Below are positions 30,473-39,219 of a stretch of DNA of 64,000 bases, in pieces (the first letter of the stretch is position 1; each line of letters starts with the position of its first letter). The DNA is taken from positions 32,001 through 96,000 of the forward strand of contig CBDBOV010000006.1 in the NCBI GenBank assembly GCA_965208575.1, given 5' to 3'. The notes beneath the pieces were generated by a model. It worked only from the letters and a program-made list of their open reading frames with translations. It had not been told where the DNA came from and did no database searches. Source of the DNA: Spirochaetia bacterium (lineage in GTDB: Bacteria; Spirochaetota; Spirochaetia; SZUA-6; Bin103). The translations under genes and the position numbers were made by a program.

Positions 30473-30599
30473 AACAATCCTCGGCCGTTGGTAACACGTG
30501 CAGCTCGATCTTGTACACCGCCTTAGGGTACCTTGACGAACGGGTGAGAATAAAGGCTCGATCGGATGAACTGTGTCTGTGACTAGACATGCAGGTCAT
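30465..30599 (-). CDS. 44-aa upstream ORF coupled to the 653-aa gene
   Basis: GAGGGGAGG RBS before ATG 30599; MTCMSSHRH...AEDCCA*; stop overlaps next GTG start. Confidence 0.4.
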   Translation of the reverse strand: MTCMSSHRHSSSDRAFILTRSSRYPKAVYKIELHVLPTAEDCCA

Positions 30600-30889
30600 A
30601 ATATCCTCCCCTCACCAGTCGTACCAGTCTTGAGGCAATTTCGCTGAAGCGGTCTGTGGGCCGATGAGCGGACGGTCATGCCAGAAAGCGCGTGTCTTGG
30701 ACGTTTGACGGCGTCGCTCGACACTCGCCGGGCGTGAATGACGACTGTATCGAGTGTGCTGAATGGAGGCCGCGAGGTGGCATCAAGCCTCGTCCGCGGC
30801 TCGATAGCCGCTCGACGCGCAGATCGGGACAGAGCGGTCTCCCTGAGTAGCCGATGGGGATTGGGTTTCTCTTGGCGACCAGCGAGCGG

Positions 30890-31078
30890 TCGCCGGTCTG
30901 GTGGGTCTGACCAGACTCCGCAGGTTCTCAGGGTTGGTGGGCTCTGATGCGCCCAGGGCCTTCGCCAGCATGATCGTCAGCGCCATGGTGACGCGCAGTT
31001 GCATCTTCGCCAGCCCGCCGATGCCGGGTCGCTCGAACCCGAAGCCGCCAGCCAACCGGCTGTTGACCCGTTCCACGG
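30890..31078 (-). pseudogene. DDE transposase relic (IS5/IS1182-like), C-terminal piece
   Basis: VERVNSRLAGGFGFE...GLAKMQLRV...MLAKALG, frameshifted. Confidence 0.75.
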
Positions 31079-31132
31079 TGTTGGGTCTCACGTAATTCTG
31101 CTGTTTTTTCGCACGGTAATCTGGACACCATA

Positions 31133-31447
31133 TTATTCTGCACCGGGTTGCCGGTGGCCGCGGGCGAGATCTCCTGTCGGTGGTGCTGAGGGGTCCTCAG
31201 GAGATTGTCTCAGGAAGCCGAGAACGGCAGGATGTTTGAGAGAGAGTTCCTGTTCGACGAGAGTCAGCTTGACGGGTGAGTTCTGGAACACGGCGCGCAG
31301 CATGTCGGTGAAGTTGTGCAGCACCATGGCGCCCCAGATGTCATCACGGAAATACACGAAGTAGGTGGCGCGACCGGCGAACGTCCTGGCGTAGGCGAAG
31401 TATTCGCGGTCGCTGCCGGCGATTTTTCTGATAGCGACGTTGATCAC
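31133..31447 (-). CDS. Hypothetical 104-aa protein, last gene of the transposon
   Basis: Starts 10 bp after the ATPase stop; plausible globular sequence. Confidence 0.65.
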   Translation of the reverse strand: MINVAIRKIAGSDREYFAYARTFAGRATYFVYFRDDIWGAMVLHNFTDMLRAVFQNSPVKLTLVEQELSLKHPAVLGFLRQSPEDPSAPPTGDLARGHRQPGAE

Positions 31448-31456
31448 GGAACCGAC

Positions 31457-32287
31457 CTACAGAATCTCGGTGGCAGCGAGCCGGACATGCTCGGCGGCGA
31501 CCACCGAGCAATGCTCGCGAGCGGCCGCCATGAGGGCGCCGCGGGCGAGATGATTGGCGCGCCGCAGGAGCCCGCCGGAGCCCTGATGGATGGCGACGGC
31601 GGCTTCGTCGCTGAGCAGGTCGGCGCTGCGCCGCGCTGTGGCGGACTGGGTGTCCCGCCCGGCGGCGAGCTGCAGATGGTGGTCGAGGTAGCCGCGCATG
31701 TCATCAAGGGAGAGAGCATCGAGGTGGCTGCGGCCCACGACCCGTGAGGCGAGCGGGCGCGAGGTATGGAACAACAGGCGGTCAAGCAGGCTGCTCTGGC
31801 CGGCCAGCACCATCGGCATCAAGGTCTGCGAATCGAAGGCGAACTGAGTGAGAGTGTGGAGCTGTGCGAACACCTCGAAGCGGAGCAGATGTGCCTCGTC
31901 GACGACCAGCAACGGGGTCTGCTTCTTGCGCCTGATGTCGGTCAGCAGGTCGCGCACGGTGCGGCTGAGGACGGCCAGTGAGGAGCGCGGGGGGGTGCCC
32001 ATCTCCAGGCAGATCTGGCGCAGCAGGTCGAGCAGCGTGCCGGTGGTGGCGATGACCGCCAGGAGACGGTATTCGGCGGGGTGCAGGGTGCTCGTGACAT
32101 GGCGCAGGGAAGTGGATTTTCCCGCTCCCACCTCGCCGGTGATGACGGTGATGAGGCCGAGCCCGAGGGCATACTGAAAGCGCTCGGTGAGCGCTTTCAG
32201 GCCCGGGATCGGGTACAGACCGTTGATCGGGACGTCCTGGGGGAACGGATCGCGTTGGAAACCGAAGGCATGTCTGAGGTCGATCAT
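31457..32287 (-). CDS. ExeA/TnsC-like AAA ATPase
   Basis: FGFQRDPF, Walker A GEVGAGKST, Walker B LVVDEAH, LAGQ, SGGLLRRAN; ATGA overlap with transposase. Confidence 0.9.
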   Translation of the reverse strand: MIDLRHAFGFQRDPFPQDVPINGLYPIPGLKALTERFQYALGLGLITVITGEVGAGKSTSLRHVTSTLHPAEYRLLAVIATTGTLLDLLRQICLEMGTPPRSSLAVLSRTVRDLLTDIRRKKQTPLLVVDEAHLLRFEVFAQLHTLTQFAFDSQTLMPMVLAGQSSLLDRLLFHTSRPLASRVVGRSHLDALSLDDMRGYLDHHLQLAAGRDTQSATARRSADLLSDEAAVAIHQGSGGLLRRANHLARGALMAAAREHCSVVAAEHVRLAATEIL

Positions 32288-33600
32288 CGGTCGGACTCCT
32301 CGAACAGCTGGCCGCCGCGGGGGCCGGGCTGGGGGTCATCAGCGGGCGGCTCCGGCGCCGGCTCGAGCTCGGTCTCATGGCCGCTGATGCGGCGCACGCG
32401 GCTGTTGACGTGGGGGTTCAACTCACTGAGGAAGCCGTAAGAGCGATCTTCGAAGAACACCTCGATGCGGGACGGATCAGCCTCATGATAGAGCAGGTTG
32501 ACGGTGTTCCCGATGAGCCCCACCGGCGCTTCGTAGAGCTTGCCGTAGAGGGCGACGGCACGATCCTTGTCGACCTTGCGGCGCACCATGGTGCGGAAGT
32601 GGTCACGCACATTCTGGGGCGCAGGCCGCAGCAGTTCCAGGTGGCGCAGATAGCGCTGCAGGGGCTGCTCCCCGGTGCTGGAGTGAAGCCGCTGATGGTA
32701 GCTGTGGTCGAGCCACTCGGCAAGCTGGGCGTTGAGCTGCTCGAGGGTATCGTGATCGCTGACCAGAGGCAGCATCTGGGTGCGTATGGTGCGGAAATAG
32801 CGCTCGATTTTACCCTTTCCCTGGGGCGTGTATGGGGTCGCGAAGAGGAGCGCTATGCCCAGCGATGCACAGGCGTAACTGAGTCGTTGGGAGCGAAAGC
32901 TGGGGCCGTTATCGACATACAGTTTGCGTGGCAGACCGCGCGTTTCGAGCGCCCGCAGCAGGCAGTCCTGGAAACAGTCGATGTTTTCACGCAGATAGAA
33001 GCGGGCGCCGGTGATGAGCCGCGAGTGATCATCGATGCAGGCGAACAGAAACGTCTTGCGCAGCTTGCCGTCGCTTTTCACGCGCGGGCCGTGCATGCAA
33101 TCCGCTTGCCACAAGTCGTTCGGCAGTTCCGCTTCGAAGCGCCGCCGGTCCTGCGTCGCGGGCCGCTGCCGGTGCAGACCATGGCGCCGGAACAATCGGT
33201 AGATGCTTTGCCGTGAGGCTGCGAAGTCGGGCGGCAGGAGATTGCGGCGGCGCGCCACCTGCAGCACCACTGACAACGACGCCTGTGCCAGTTCACGCCG
33301 GAGATTGACCAGTGCCAACTCGGTCTCGGGATCGATGCTGCGCCCCACGCCGGCGTCCGCGCGGTCCTTCGGGAACAGGCTCTCCAGTTTCTTGCCGCTG
33401 TGCTCGTAACGCCGCAGCCAGTCGCGGATCGTCGACCGGCTGATCGAACTGCGCAGCGAGAATGGGATCTTCCATTCCTGCTCCGCCAGGTCCTTGATGC
33501 GCGCCTCGCGCTTGCCCTGGTCGAGCTTCGCATACCCGATCAGGCCGGCGATCACACCGAACCGGAACAACGCGATCCGCTTTTTCTTCTCTTCCTCCAT
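32284..33600 (-). CDS. DDE transposase/integrase (HTH + rve + Mu-transposase-C)
   Basis: IALFRFGVI, LWQADCMHG, YVDNG, GKGKIERYF; CAGGAGG RBS before ATG 33600. Confidence 0.9.
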   Translation of the reverse strand: MEEEKKKRIALFRFGVIAGLIGYAKLDQGKREARIKDLAEQEWKIPFSLRSSISRSTIRDWLRRYEHSGKKLESLFPKDRADAGVGRSIDPETELALVNLRRELAQASLSVVLQVARRRNLLPPDFAASRQSIYRLFRRHGLHRQRPATQDRRRFEAELPNDLWQADCMHGPRVKSDGKLRKTFLFACIDDHSRLITGARFYLRENIDCFQDCLLRALETRGLPRKLYVDNGPSFRSQRLSYACASLGIALLFATPYTPQGKGKIERYFRTIRTQMLPLVSDHDTLEQLNAQLAEWLDHSYHQRLHSSTGEQPLQRYLRHLELLRPAPQNVRDHFRTMVRRKVDKDRAVALYGKLYEAPVGLIGNTVNLLYHEADPSRIEVFFEDRSYGFLSELNPHVNSRVRRISGHETELEPAPEPPADDPQPGPRGGQLFEESDR

Positions 33601-33881
33601 GATCGAGGAACCTCCTGGGGTGTTGGTGGCATCAATTTGCTCCCCATTGGTTCGCCGATCACCGCAAAGATCCGGTAGGCTTGGGGTCACCCAGGCGCCA
33701 GTTCGCGTTATTTTCTCCGCTCCGATCATGATCAGCCGCGCCACCAGCGCCCTGCCCGCAGCGTCGCCCGGACAGCCACCCAAGCGCCAAAGGCGCTCGC
33801 CAGCACCGCGGCGGCGTCCTCCTGCACTGCTCACCAGCCACTTGCCCGGTCTGAGCCGGCACCCCGCGACCAGCACCGTGC

Positions 33882-34493
33882 TCATCGTGCCCCGTGACTG
33901 GGTGTCGGCTCATTCCCTGGCTCCTTCAGGGCGCTGTCTGCTGTGCTCCCGACGCCATCAAGGTGTCCCGCAAAGCCCACCACCGGCACCGCCAGCACCA
34001 ACTCGGGGGCGGCATCCACTCGCCGTATCTGGCGGTAGCTCACCGAATGCGTACTGACGATGATCAACCGCACCACCAGCGCCTTCAGCGCACTGGCCGC
34101 AACCTGGCCCGGCCGGCTCACCGCGGTCACCCCCTCCAGCAACAACTGCCGGCGCAACCCCTGGCGCCAGTACTGCTGCCGCTGTCGGCTCACCCGCGCG
34201 ATCCAGCGACCACCCTTCAGCTTGCCCAGCAGGGCTACCAGAATCACTCGCCACGGCGCCCAGAACCCGCGGTAGTGGCTGTCCGGTCGCAGCGTGTACA
34301 CGGTCCCGCAGTCCGGACACCGGTAGCGCTTCATCCACAGCGGCTCGCCGCAGCCATCGAAGCACCGTCCGACATAGCCATGGCCCCACGGCCGCCTCCG
34401 ACCGCACTCCAGGCAGCGCTCCGGCCGCGGCCACCGATACTCCTTGCCCTGTTCCTGAAGTCTCTTGAAATCAACCGCCAGATGGAGTACCAA
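33882..34493 (-). CDS. Zinc-ribbon protein (DUF6431-like), first gene of the transposon
   Basis: CLECG...WGHGY...RYRCPDCG motifs. Confidence 0.75.
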   Translation of the reverse strand: MVLHLAVDFKRLQEQGKEYRWPRPERCLECGRRRPWGHGYVGRCFDGCGEPLWMKRYRCPDCGTVYTLRPDSHYRGFWAPWRVILVALLGKLKGGRWIARVSRQRQQYWRQGLRRQLLLEGVTAVSRPGQVAASALKALVVRLIIVSTHSVSYRQIRRVDAAPELVLAVPVVGFAGHLDGVGSTADSALKEPGNEPTPSHGAR

Positions 34494-34654
34494 TCGGCTG
34501 TCCTTAGTTCAGGGTAGCTGTCCGGTTCTCATCACCTGGGGCAGCTACCCTGTTTTTCTGGTCAGTTTACCTCGACTCTCCCGTCCTCCACTCCAGTCGA
34601 TCGTGAGACGTCCGCCCCCATTCCGCTCAGATCAATCTGAGAGCCGACACACGG

Positions 34655-35127
34655 CTCCGCGCTGGGCGTAGAAGTCCTGCCACCGGTAGCTGGACCGCGC
34701 CACCGGCGTGAACACGCGCCGATCCTCGGCCAGCGGGATGCGTACCGCGTCGCTCACCGGGCACCGATCCATGCCTTTGCAGGTGATCCCCAAGTAGCGC
34801 GCCCGGACAGCGATACCCCGGCATCTCGCGATCCTGCTCGAAGCCGCCGTAGGCCATGCTGTGCAGCTCACCGGTCTGCGGGCACATACAGATACTTGGC
34901 CGTCGTGGGTATAGATCACGTTCTCCTGACCGTTCACCAGCTTGGTGAGGACGCCATCCCGTTCCGCCTCTCCGTCCTTCCAGCAGTTGCGAATCGCGAT
35001 GATCGGCTTGATCTGATGCTGTTGCCACAACCGATTGATCAGCTTGTGGGCGTCGTAGCCCTTGTCGGCGCTCATGCGATCGCACCGCTGCAGCAGTTCG
35101 GGATGACGCTACTGCATCTGAGCAAGG
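34655..35127 (-). pseudogene. DDE transposase relic, middle piece
   Basis: RHPELLQRCDRMSADKGYD...IKPIIAIRNCW...RVFTPVARSSYRW; frameshifts and a stop. Confidence 0.8.
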
Positions 35128-35171
35128 GGACTCCTCACCATTTGTCAAGGGCGAATTTCGGTCGCTGGAGC

Positions 35172-35769
35172 ATGAGGGCAGGTGCCTGGTGCGGAAGGAC
35201 TGGGAAGTGCACGCATCAGGCTCCCGGCGGAAGTTGAAGGCGGCAATTCTGAATAGTTCAGCAGAGAAAGCCCGGAAGGTGTGCTGTTCAGGCAGGATGA
35301 TCCTGGAATGCCAAGGACCGGACCTATAACCGTCGGATGGCGGGAAGTGGAGCGGAGAGCAGCACACTGGCGGATGAGGCCGCCAAGCGAGGATGGCCGC
35401 GACAACATAACGCGGCTGGAGCGAGGGCCTCAGGGCTCAGGAGGAGCCAGTGGTAGTGCGTCGCCCGGACACTGAGCCGGGGAAACGGCGACACGGTGAC
35501 CGCTGACTCGAAGCGACGGTCAAACCGGGGGCAGCACCCGCGTAGCCGGGGATCAGGCTGAGCGTGGATGCTGTCGCATCGGGAAGGGCCGCCGCGAGCT
35601 TGCGGGCGCCTGAGCTTCGAGCCGGACCGTGGGAAAACCCGATGTCCGGAATCCTAGGGGCGCGCTGGAAACGTGGCCTATGGTGGAACTGTGAACCCAC
35701 CTCGCTTATCGAAAGGGCGGGGCTGGAAACCCTCCGCCTACGGGTGCGCGCGCCAGCGCTCTACCCGAC
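35172..35769 (+). ncRNA. ORF-less group II intron, probably 5'-truncated
   Basis: Domain V GAGCCGGACCGTGGGAAAACCCGATGTCCGGAATC (35619-35653); long domain VI ending CTACCCGAC (35769); DII/DIII-like motifs CCTATAACCG, GACAACATAAC...GGAGCGAGGGCC; no RT ORF. Confidence 0.85.
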
Positions 35770-35822
35770 GGGGTGTCGTGACGCTGTGGATAAGTGGATA
35801 AGTCGGCGGCGTCGCGGGGAGG

Positions 35823-36026
35823 TCAGTAGCCAGATGGACGGCGCCGACGCTTGGGTGCGGGGCCGAGAACCGCGGGCAGAGCGGCCTCGATATCGGCGAC
35901 CTTGGTGATTTCTTCCTCGATCAGGCGAATCACCTCCGCGCGGATCGTCACTCCGCGGGTGGCACACAGCAGCTTGAAGCGGCGATGAAGCGAGTCGGGG
36001 AGATCGCGTACGTAGAGAGTTGCCAT
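35823..36026 (-). CDS. Ribbon-helix-helix DNA-binding protein (Arc/ParG/FitA-like)
   Basis: MATLYVRDLPDSLHRRFKLLCATRGVTIRAEVIRLIEE; AT-rich upstream patch with TAGC-N3-GCTA palindrome. Confidence 0.75.
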   Translation of the reverse strand: MATLYVRDLPDSLHRRFKLLCATRGVTIRAEVIRLIEEEITKVADIEAALPAVLGPAPKRRRRPSGY

Positions 36027-36495
36027 AGTAGCTTTGCTAACATTAATAACATAGATTGCGCAACGAACCGCCCGCGCGCTGTCCCACGGCCAGTTTCGCG
36101 TAACTCGCCAGCAGACCAAACCGATGCGATCCTGCGAGACCTCTCAGTCAGGCCGCCATGCGGTGACCGGTGGCAGGCTTCCGCTTTCGAAGCCCGACGC
36201 TCCGGGTGTCTCCCGTCGCCGGTCGTCTTCGTGGCTGCTCAGGCTGCAGCGCAGCCGCGTGCTCGTCGTCCCACGGCGCCGGCGCCCGGCGTTCACCGTC
36301 CACCGGAGTCGTCATCGACCGCAAAATTGGCCGTCTGCGCGCCGGTCGCCGTCCAAGCCGGCCTCTGACGCCCTCAGGACCGTCCGGGTACCCCAGGCAA
36401 CCCTCCGGAACCACCGCCGACGCCGTCTCCCGACCGCCGGCCGGCTCACGCTGGCCTCCACGCCACCCCTGTTACGTCCGCCCCACGCGCCTCGA

Positions 36496-37740
36496 TCAGG
36501 CGGCCGGCGTGCGTCCAACCCGGTGCTCGGGATCGTACGGCGTTCGATCTCGCAGCATCGCGCACGCCACCCTCAGCAGCCGCTCCGAGACCGTTCGCAG
36601 GGCGTGGCCATGGCGTTTGCCCCGCCCGCGCAGCTCGCCATACCGCTCCCGACTCGCCGCATCGTGCTGGATCGCCACCCGCGCCCAATGATACATCGCG
36701 TCGCGCAACCGCTTGTTGCACGCACGTCGCATTATCACCACGCGGGTCTTCCCCGACCGCCGGGTCACCGGCGCCACTCCGGTCAGGATGCGCAACGTGT
36801 GATAGTCTCGGGCTGCCAGGGCCTGTGTGGCCTCTGCGAGCAGCGTGGCGAGCACGATCCGACCGATTCCGGGCATGGACAGGAGGATGGAGGCGTCACG
36901 CTGCTCTTCTGTTTCTGCCGAGTCGTCGTTGCCCACCATCTCGGCGATCAGTTCGTCCAGTCGAGCGTGCGCCTGGTCGATCAACTGGTTCACCGGCCTC
37001 AGCCGGGTGATGAGACTCTCGATGTGCGCCTTCGCCGCGACCGTCGTCCCGCGGCTCACCTGCAGCGGCTGCTGCCGCAGGATGTGCAGCACCCCGGCGG
37101 CATCGAGGCGCCGGATGCGGTTTCTCTTCAGGATCGCCGCGATCGACGCCTTGCGGATGCGCGCCGCCTCCGCCGGCGTCGGCGCCTTCTCCCACAGCTC
37201 CAGGAACCAGGCGGCTCCGAGATCTCCGCCCAACTCCAGCATCTGCGGGTAGTAGCGCCGCAGTTGCTCGCGCCGGCGATTGATCAGCCGGTTGCGGTCC
37301 TGCTTCAACTCCTCCCTCATGCGCGACCATTCCCGCAACTCGATCACCTCCGGCTCCTCCACCTGCAGATGGCGAAAACTGCGCCGGTCGGTGCGTAGCG
37401 AGTCCGCCAACACCCGCGCGTCGCGCCGGTCGTCCTTGGCCCCGGCCGCCGTAAACCGGTCCCGAAATCGATCCAGCTGCTTGGGATTGATCGCGTACAC
37501 CTGCACCTCGCGCTCCAGCAGCATCTCCACCACCGCTCCATGCGGCATTTCGATCGCCGCGTGCACGCTCGCCAGGTGCCCGCCGGACAACTCGTCCAAC
37601 CACCTGCACAGGTCGGCGATGCCGGCGCCGCTGTGCGCCACCTCGCGCTCCCCGACTACCTTGCCGTCTCCTGCCAGCACACACACCTGGTGCTGTTCGG
37701 TCGCCCAATCCACTCCCACGAACCACTGTTCGGTTGACAT
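36496..37740 (-). CDS. IS110-family DEDD recombinase/transposase
   Basis: VGVDWA, AIEMP, KDDRRDA, PGIGRI, APVTRRSGK. Confidence 0.95.
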   Translation of the reverse strand: MSTEQWFVGVDWATEQHQVCVLAGDGKVVGEREVAHSGAGIADLCRWLDELSGGHLASVHAAIEMPHGAVVEMLLEREVQVYAINPKQLDRFRDRFTAAGAKDDRRDARVLADSLRTDRRSFRHLQVEEPEVIELREWSRMREELKQDRNRLINRRREQLRRYYPQMLELGGDLGAAWFLELWEKAPTPAEAARIRKASIAAILKRNRIRRLDAAGVLHILRQQPLQVSRGTTVAAKAHIESLITRLRPVNQLIDQAHARLDELIAEMVGNDDSAETEEQRDASILLSMPGIGRIVLATLLAEATQALAARDYHTLRILTGVAPVTRRSGKTRVVIMRRACNKRLRDAMYHWARVAIQHDAASRERYGELRGRGKRHGHALRTVSERLLRVACAMLRDRTPYDPEHRVGRTPAA

Positions 37741-37769
37741 CCCGTCACCCCCGAGTTTGTGTAGCTCGG

Positions 37770-38000
37770 CTGCCACGATGTCGTTTCCGCCGCTGTACTG
37801 GTGCTCCCGGGCTCCGCCGCTCCTGGCGCCTTCGCTCCTTGGCACGACTCCTCACTGGGTATCCATCGCGGCTCTCCTGCCGGGGCACACGTCCCCCCCC
37901 CAGGTGCTCTCTGGCGCTCGGGGGGCCAAGGTGCTCCGGGCAGGTTGCCTTGCCCGTCAGGGATTCTAGCAGTCCCTCACGAACTATCGAACTATCTACT
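37770..38000 (-). ncRNA. Putative IS110 bridge RNA in the left end
   Basis: Segments match target flank (37920-37928 = 38015-38023), right end (37846-37855 = 35129-35138) and left end (37793-37798 is the reverse complement of 38010-38015); RNA ends approximate. Confidence 0.8.
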
Positions 38001-38016
38001 TTCTAAAGGGTACAGG

Positions 38017-38270
38017 GGGGCCACTGTGCCCGTTGTTACTCACCGGTCGACGCCCTGGTGACCTCGAATGACAGCCGCAACTCGTAGGTGGCGTCCACGA
38101 CCAGATGCGACAGGTAGCCGAACCAGTAGCGCTTCTTCTCGCCGAAGCCATTGACGCCCCAATCGGAATCCCGGTCGCCGCGCCCGTCGGTATCTTCGGT
38201 GGTTCTATCCTTGGGCAGCGGATAGTTGCTCCCACCCTTGGCCAGGGAGTGCAGCTCAGCGGGAAGTCAC
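38017..38270 (-). pseudogene. DDE transposase relic, upstream piece
   Basis: DGRGDRDSDWGV...KRYWFGYLSHLVVDATYELRLSFEVTRAS. Confidence 0.75.
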
Positions 38271-38289
38271 GCCGCAGCGCGGCGCTGCC

Positions 38290-38883
38290 GTTGCCGCAGG
38301 AGACCGGGGAGACAACCTCAAGGACGACTATACATCCTGCGAGCGCGACCGCGCACCGCCTGCTCGATGGTGTTTCCGCGATTCCGTGCTCCGCACGGCT
38401 GCCTGTCCGCCTCCGCGGTCAGCGCAATTGTCGTGCGCCGAGCCATGAAGCGGGCTGGGATCGACGGCCAGGGCCTCCCGGCCGCCTACGTGTTCCGTCA
38501 CTCGAGAGCCACTCATCTGCTGCACGGCGGACCTGCACCGGAGGCCGTTGGCGCCCTCCTGCGTCACCAGCGGGTGGAGACGACCGCACCCTCCGCGTGG
38601 ATGCTCCCATGCTGCTCGCTGTGCCACAGCATTGGCCGGGGAACCCCGACGACGCTGGCCGACCATGTTCTGACCCATGCCGCGGTCAAGCGCGTCACCG
38701 GCCTGGGCTTCCCGGAACAAGGAGCGGCTTCTGGCCAGCTTCGCCCGGGACGCCGAAGCACAAGGCGAGCGATGCGTGCGCGATGAGACCTGTCTCGACT
38801 GGCGGCGCAGTCCGCGTCACCGCATGAAAAACAACAGCGGCTACACCTTGTGCCGGCTGGCCGCCTACTTGCAAGCTGACTAA
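38290..38883 (+). pseudogene. Degraded tandem tyrosine recombinase genes (RIT-like relic)
   Basis: VFPRFRAPH...VRRAMKRAGI...VFRHSRATHLL...LLRHQRVETT followed by LADHV...KRVTGLGF, the start of a second integrase; several frameshifts. Confidence 0.65.
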
Positions 38884-39219
38884 CGTCACGACCCCGCGGC
38901 ACGGAAGATGTTGCCGGTCGCCGAACGCAAGTTCCCGGCACCCCACCCACCCGAGCTATTGCCGGCTACGGACGCCCGGGCGGAGAGCCGATACCGCGTA
39001 CCTACCAAAGTGCGCCAACAGTAGGAGGCCGCCGCATGGTTCGTAAGAGCATCCGTTGACCGAACTCAACCCTCCGCTCAGATCCCACAGTCCGAGCATC
39101 GACAACCGTCTTCCCGGAATATCACGCATCGTACGCTCGTGCCAACTCGACGCAACGCTTCTCGCGCTTCGCAACATGCGTGCCTTGCACGATCGCGTTT
39201 ATCCCAGTATCGTCACAAT

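Larger units (their letters stand above)
31079..34649 (-). mobile_element. Four-gene transposon with TGT...ACA ends (IS481-like/Mu-type transposase plus ExeA-type ATPase)
   Basis: IR TGTTGGGTCTCA / TGTCGGCTCTCA; 5-bp target duplication CACGG at 31074-31078 and 34650-34654; removing it restores host ...QRGAV-ERVNSRL. Confidence 0.9.
35128..38016 (-). mobile_element. IS110-family element (~2.9 kb) with cargo in its right end
   Basis: Interrupts the relic transposase at a C-run; CC core at both junctions; TTGACA at right end (35148-35143) and TACCCT at left end (38012-38007) give a 17-bp spacer on circularisation. Confidence 0.85.

Noticed and set aside
33601-33885. 94-aa N-terminal extension of the transposase in the ORF track
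   Set aside because: Strong RBS precedes ATG 33600 and the extension is low-complexity; the real start is probably 33600
35785-35801. DnaA boxes plus RHH gene as a plasmid origin
   Set aside because: Only two adjacent boxes, no Rep, ParA or iterons, and they lie inside the IS110 end
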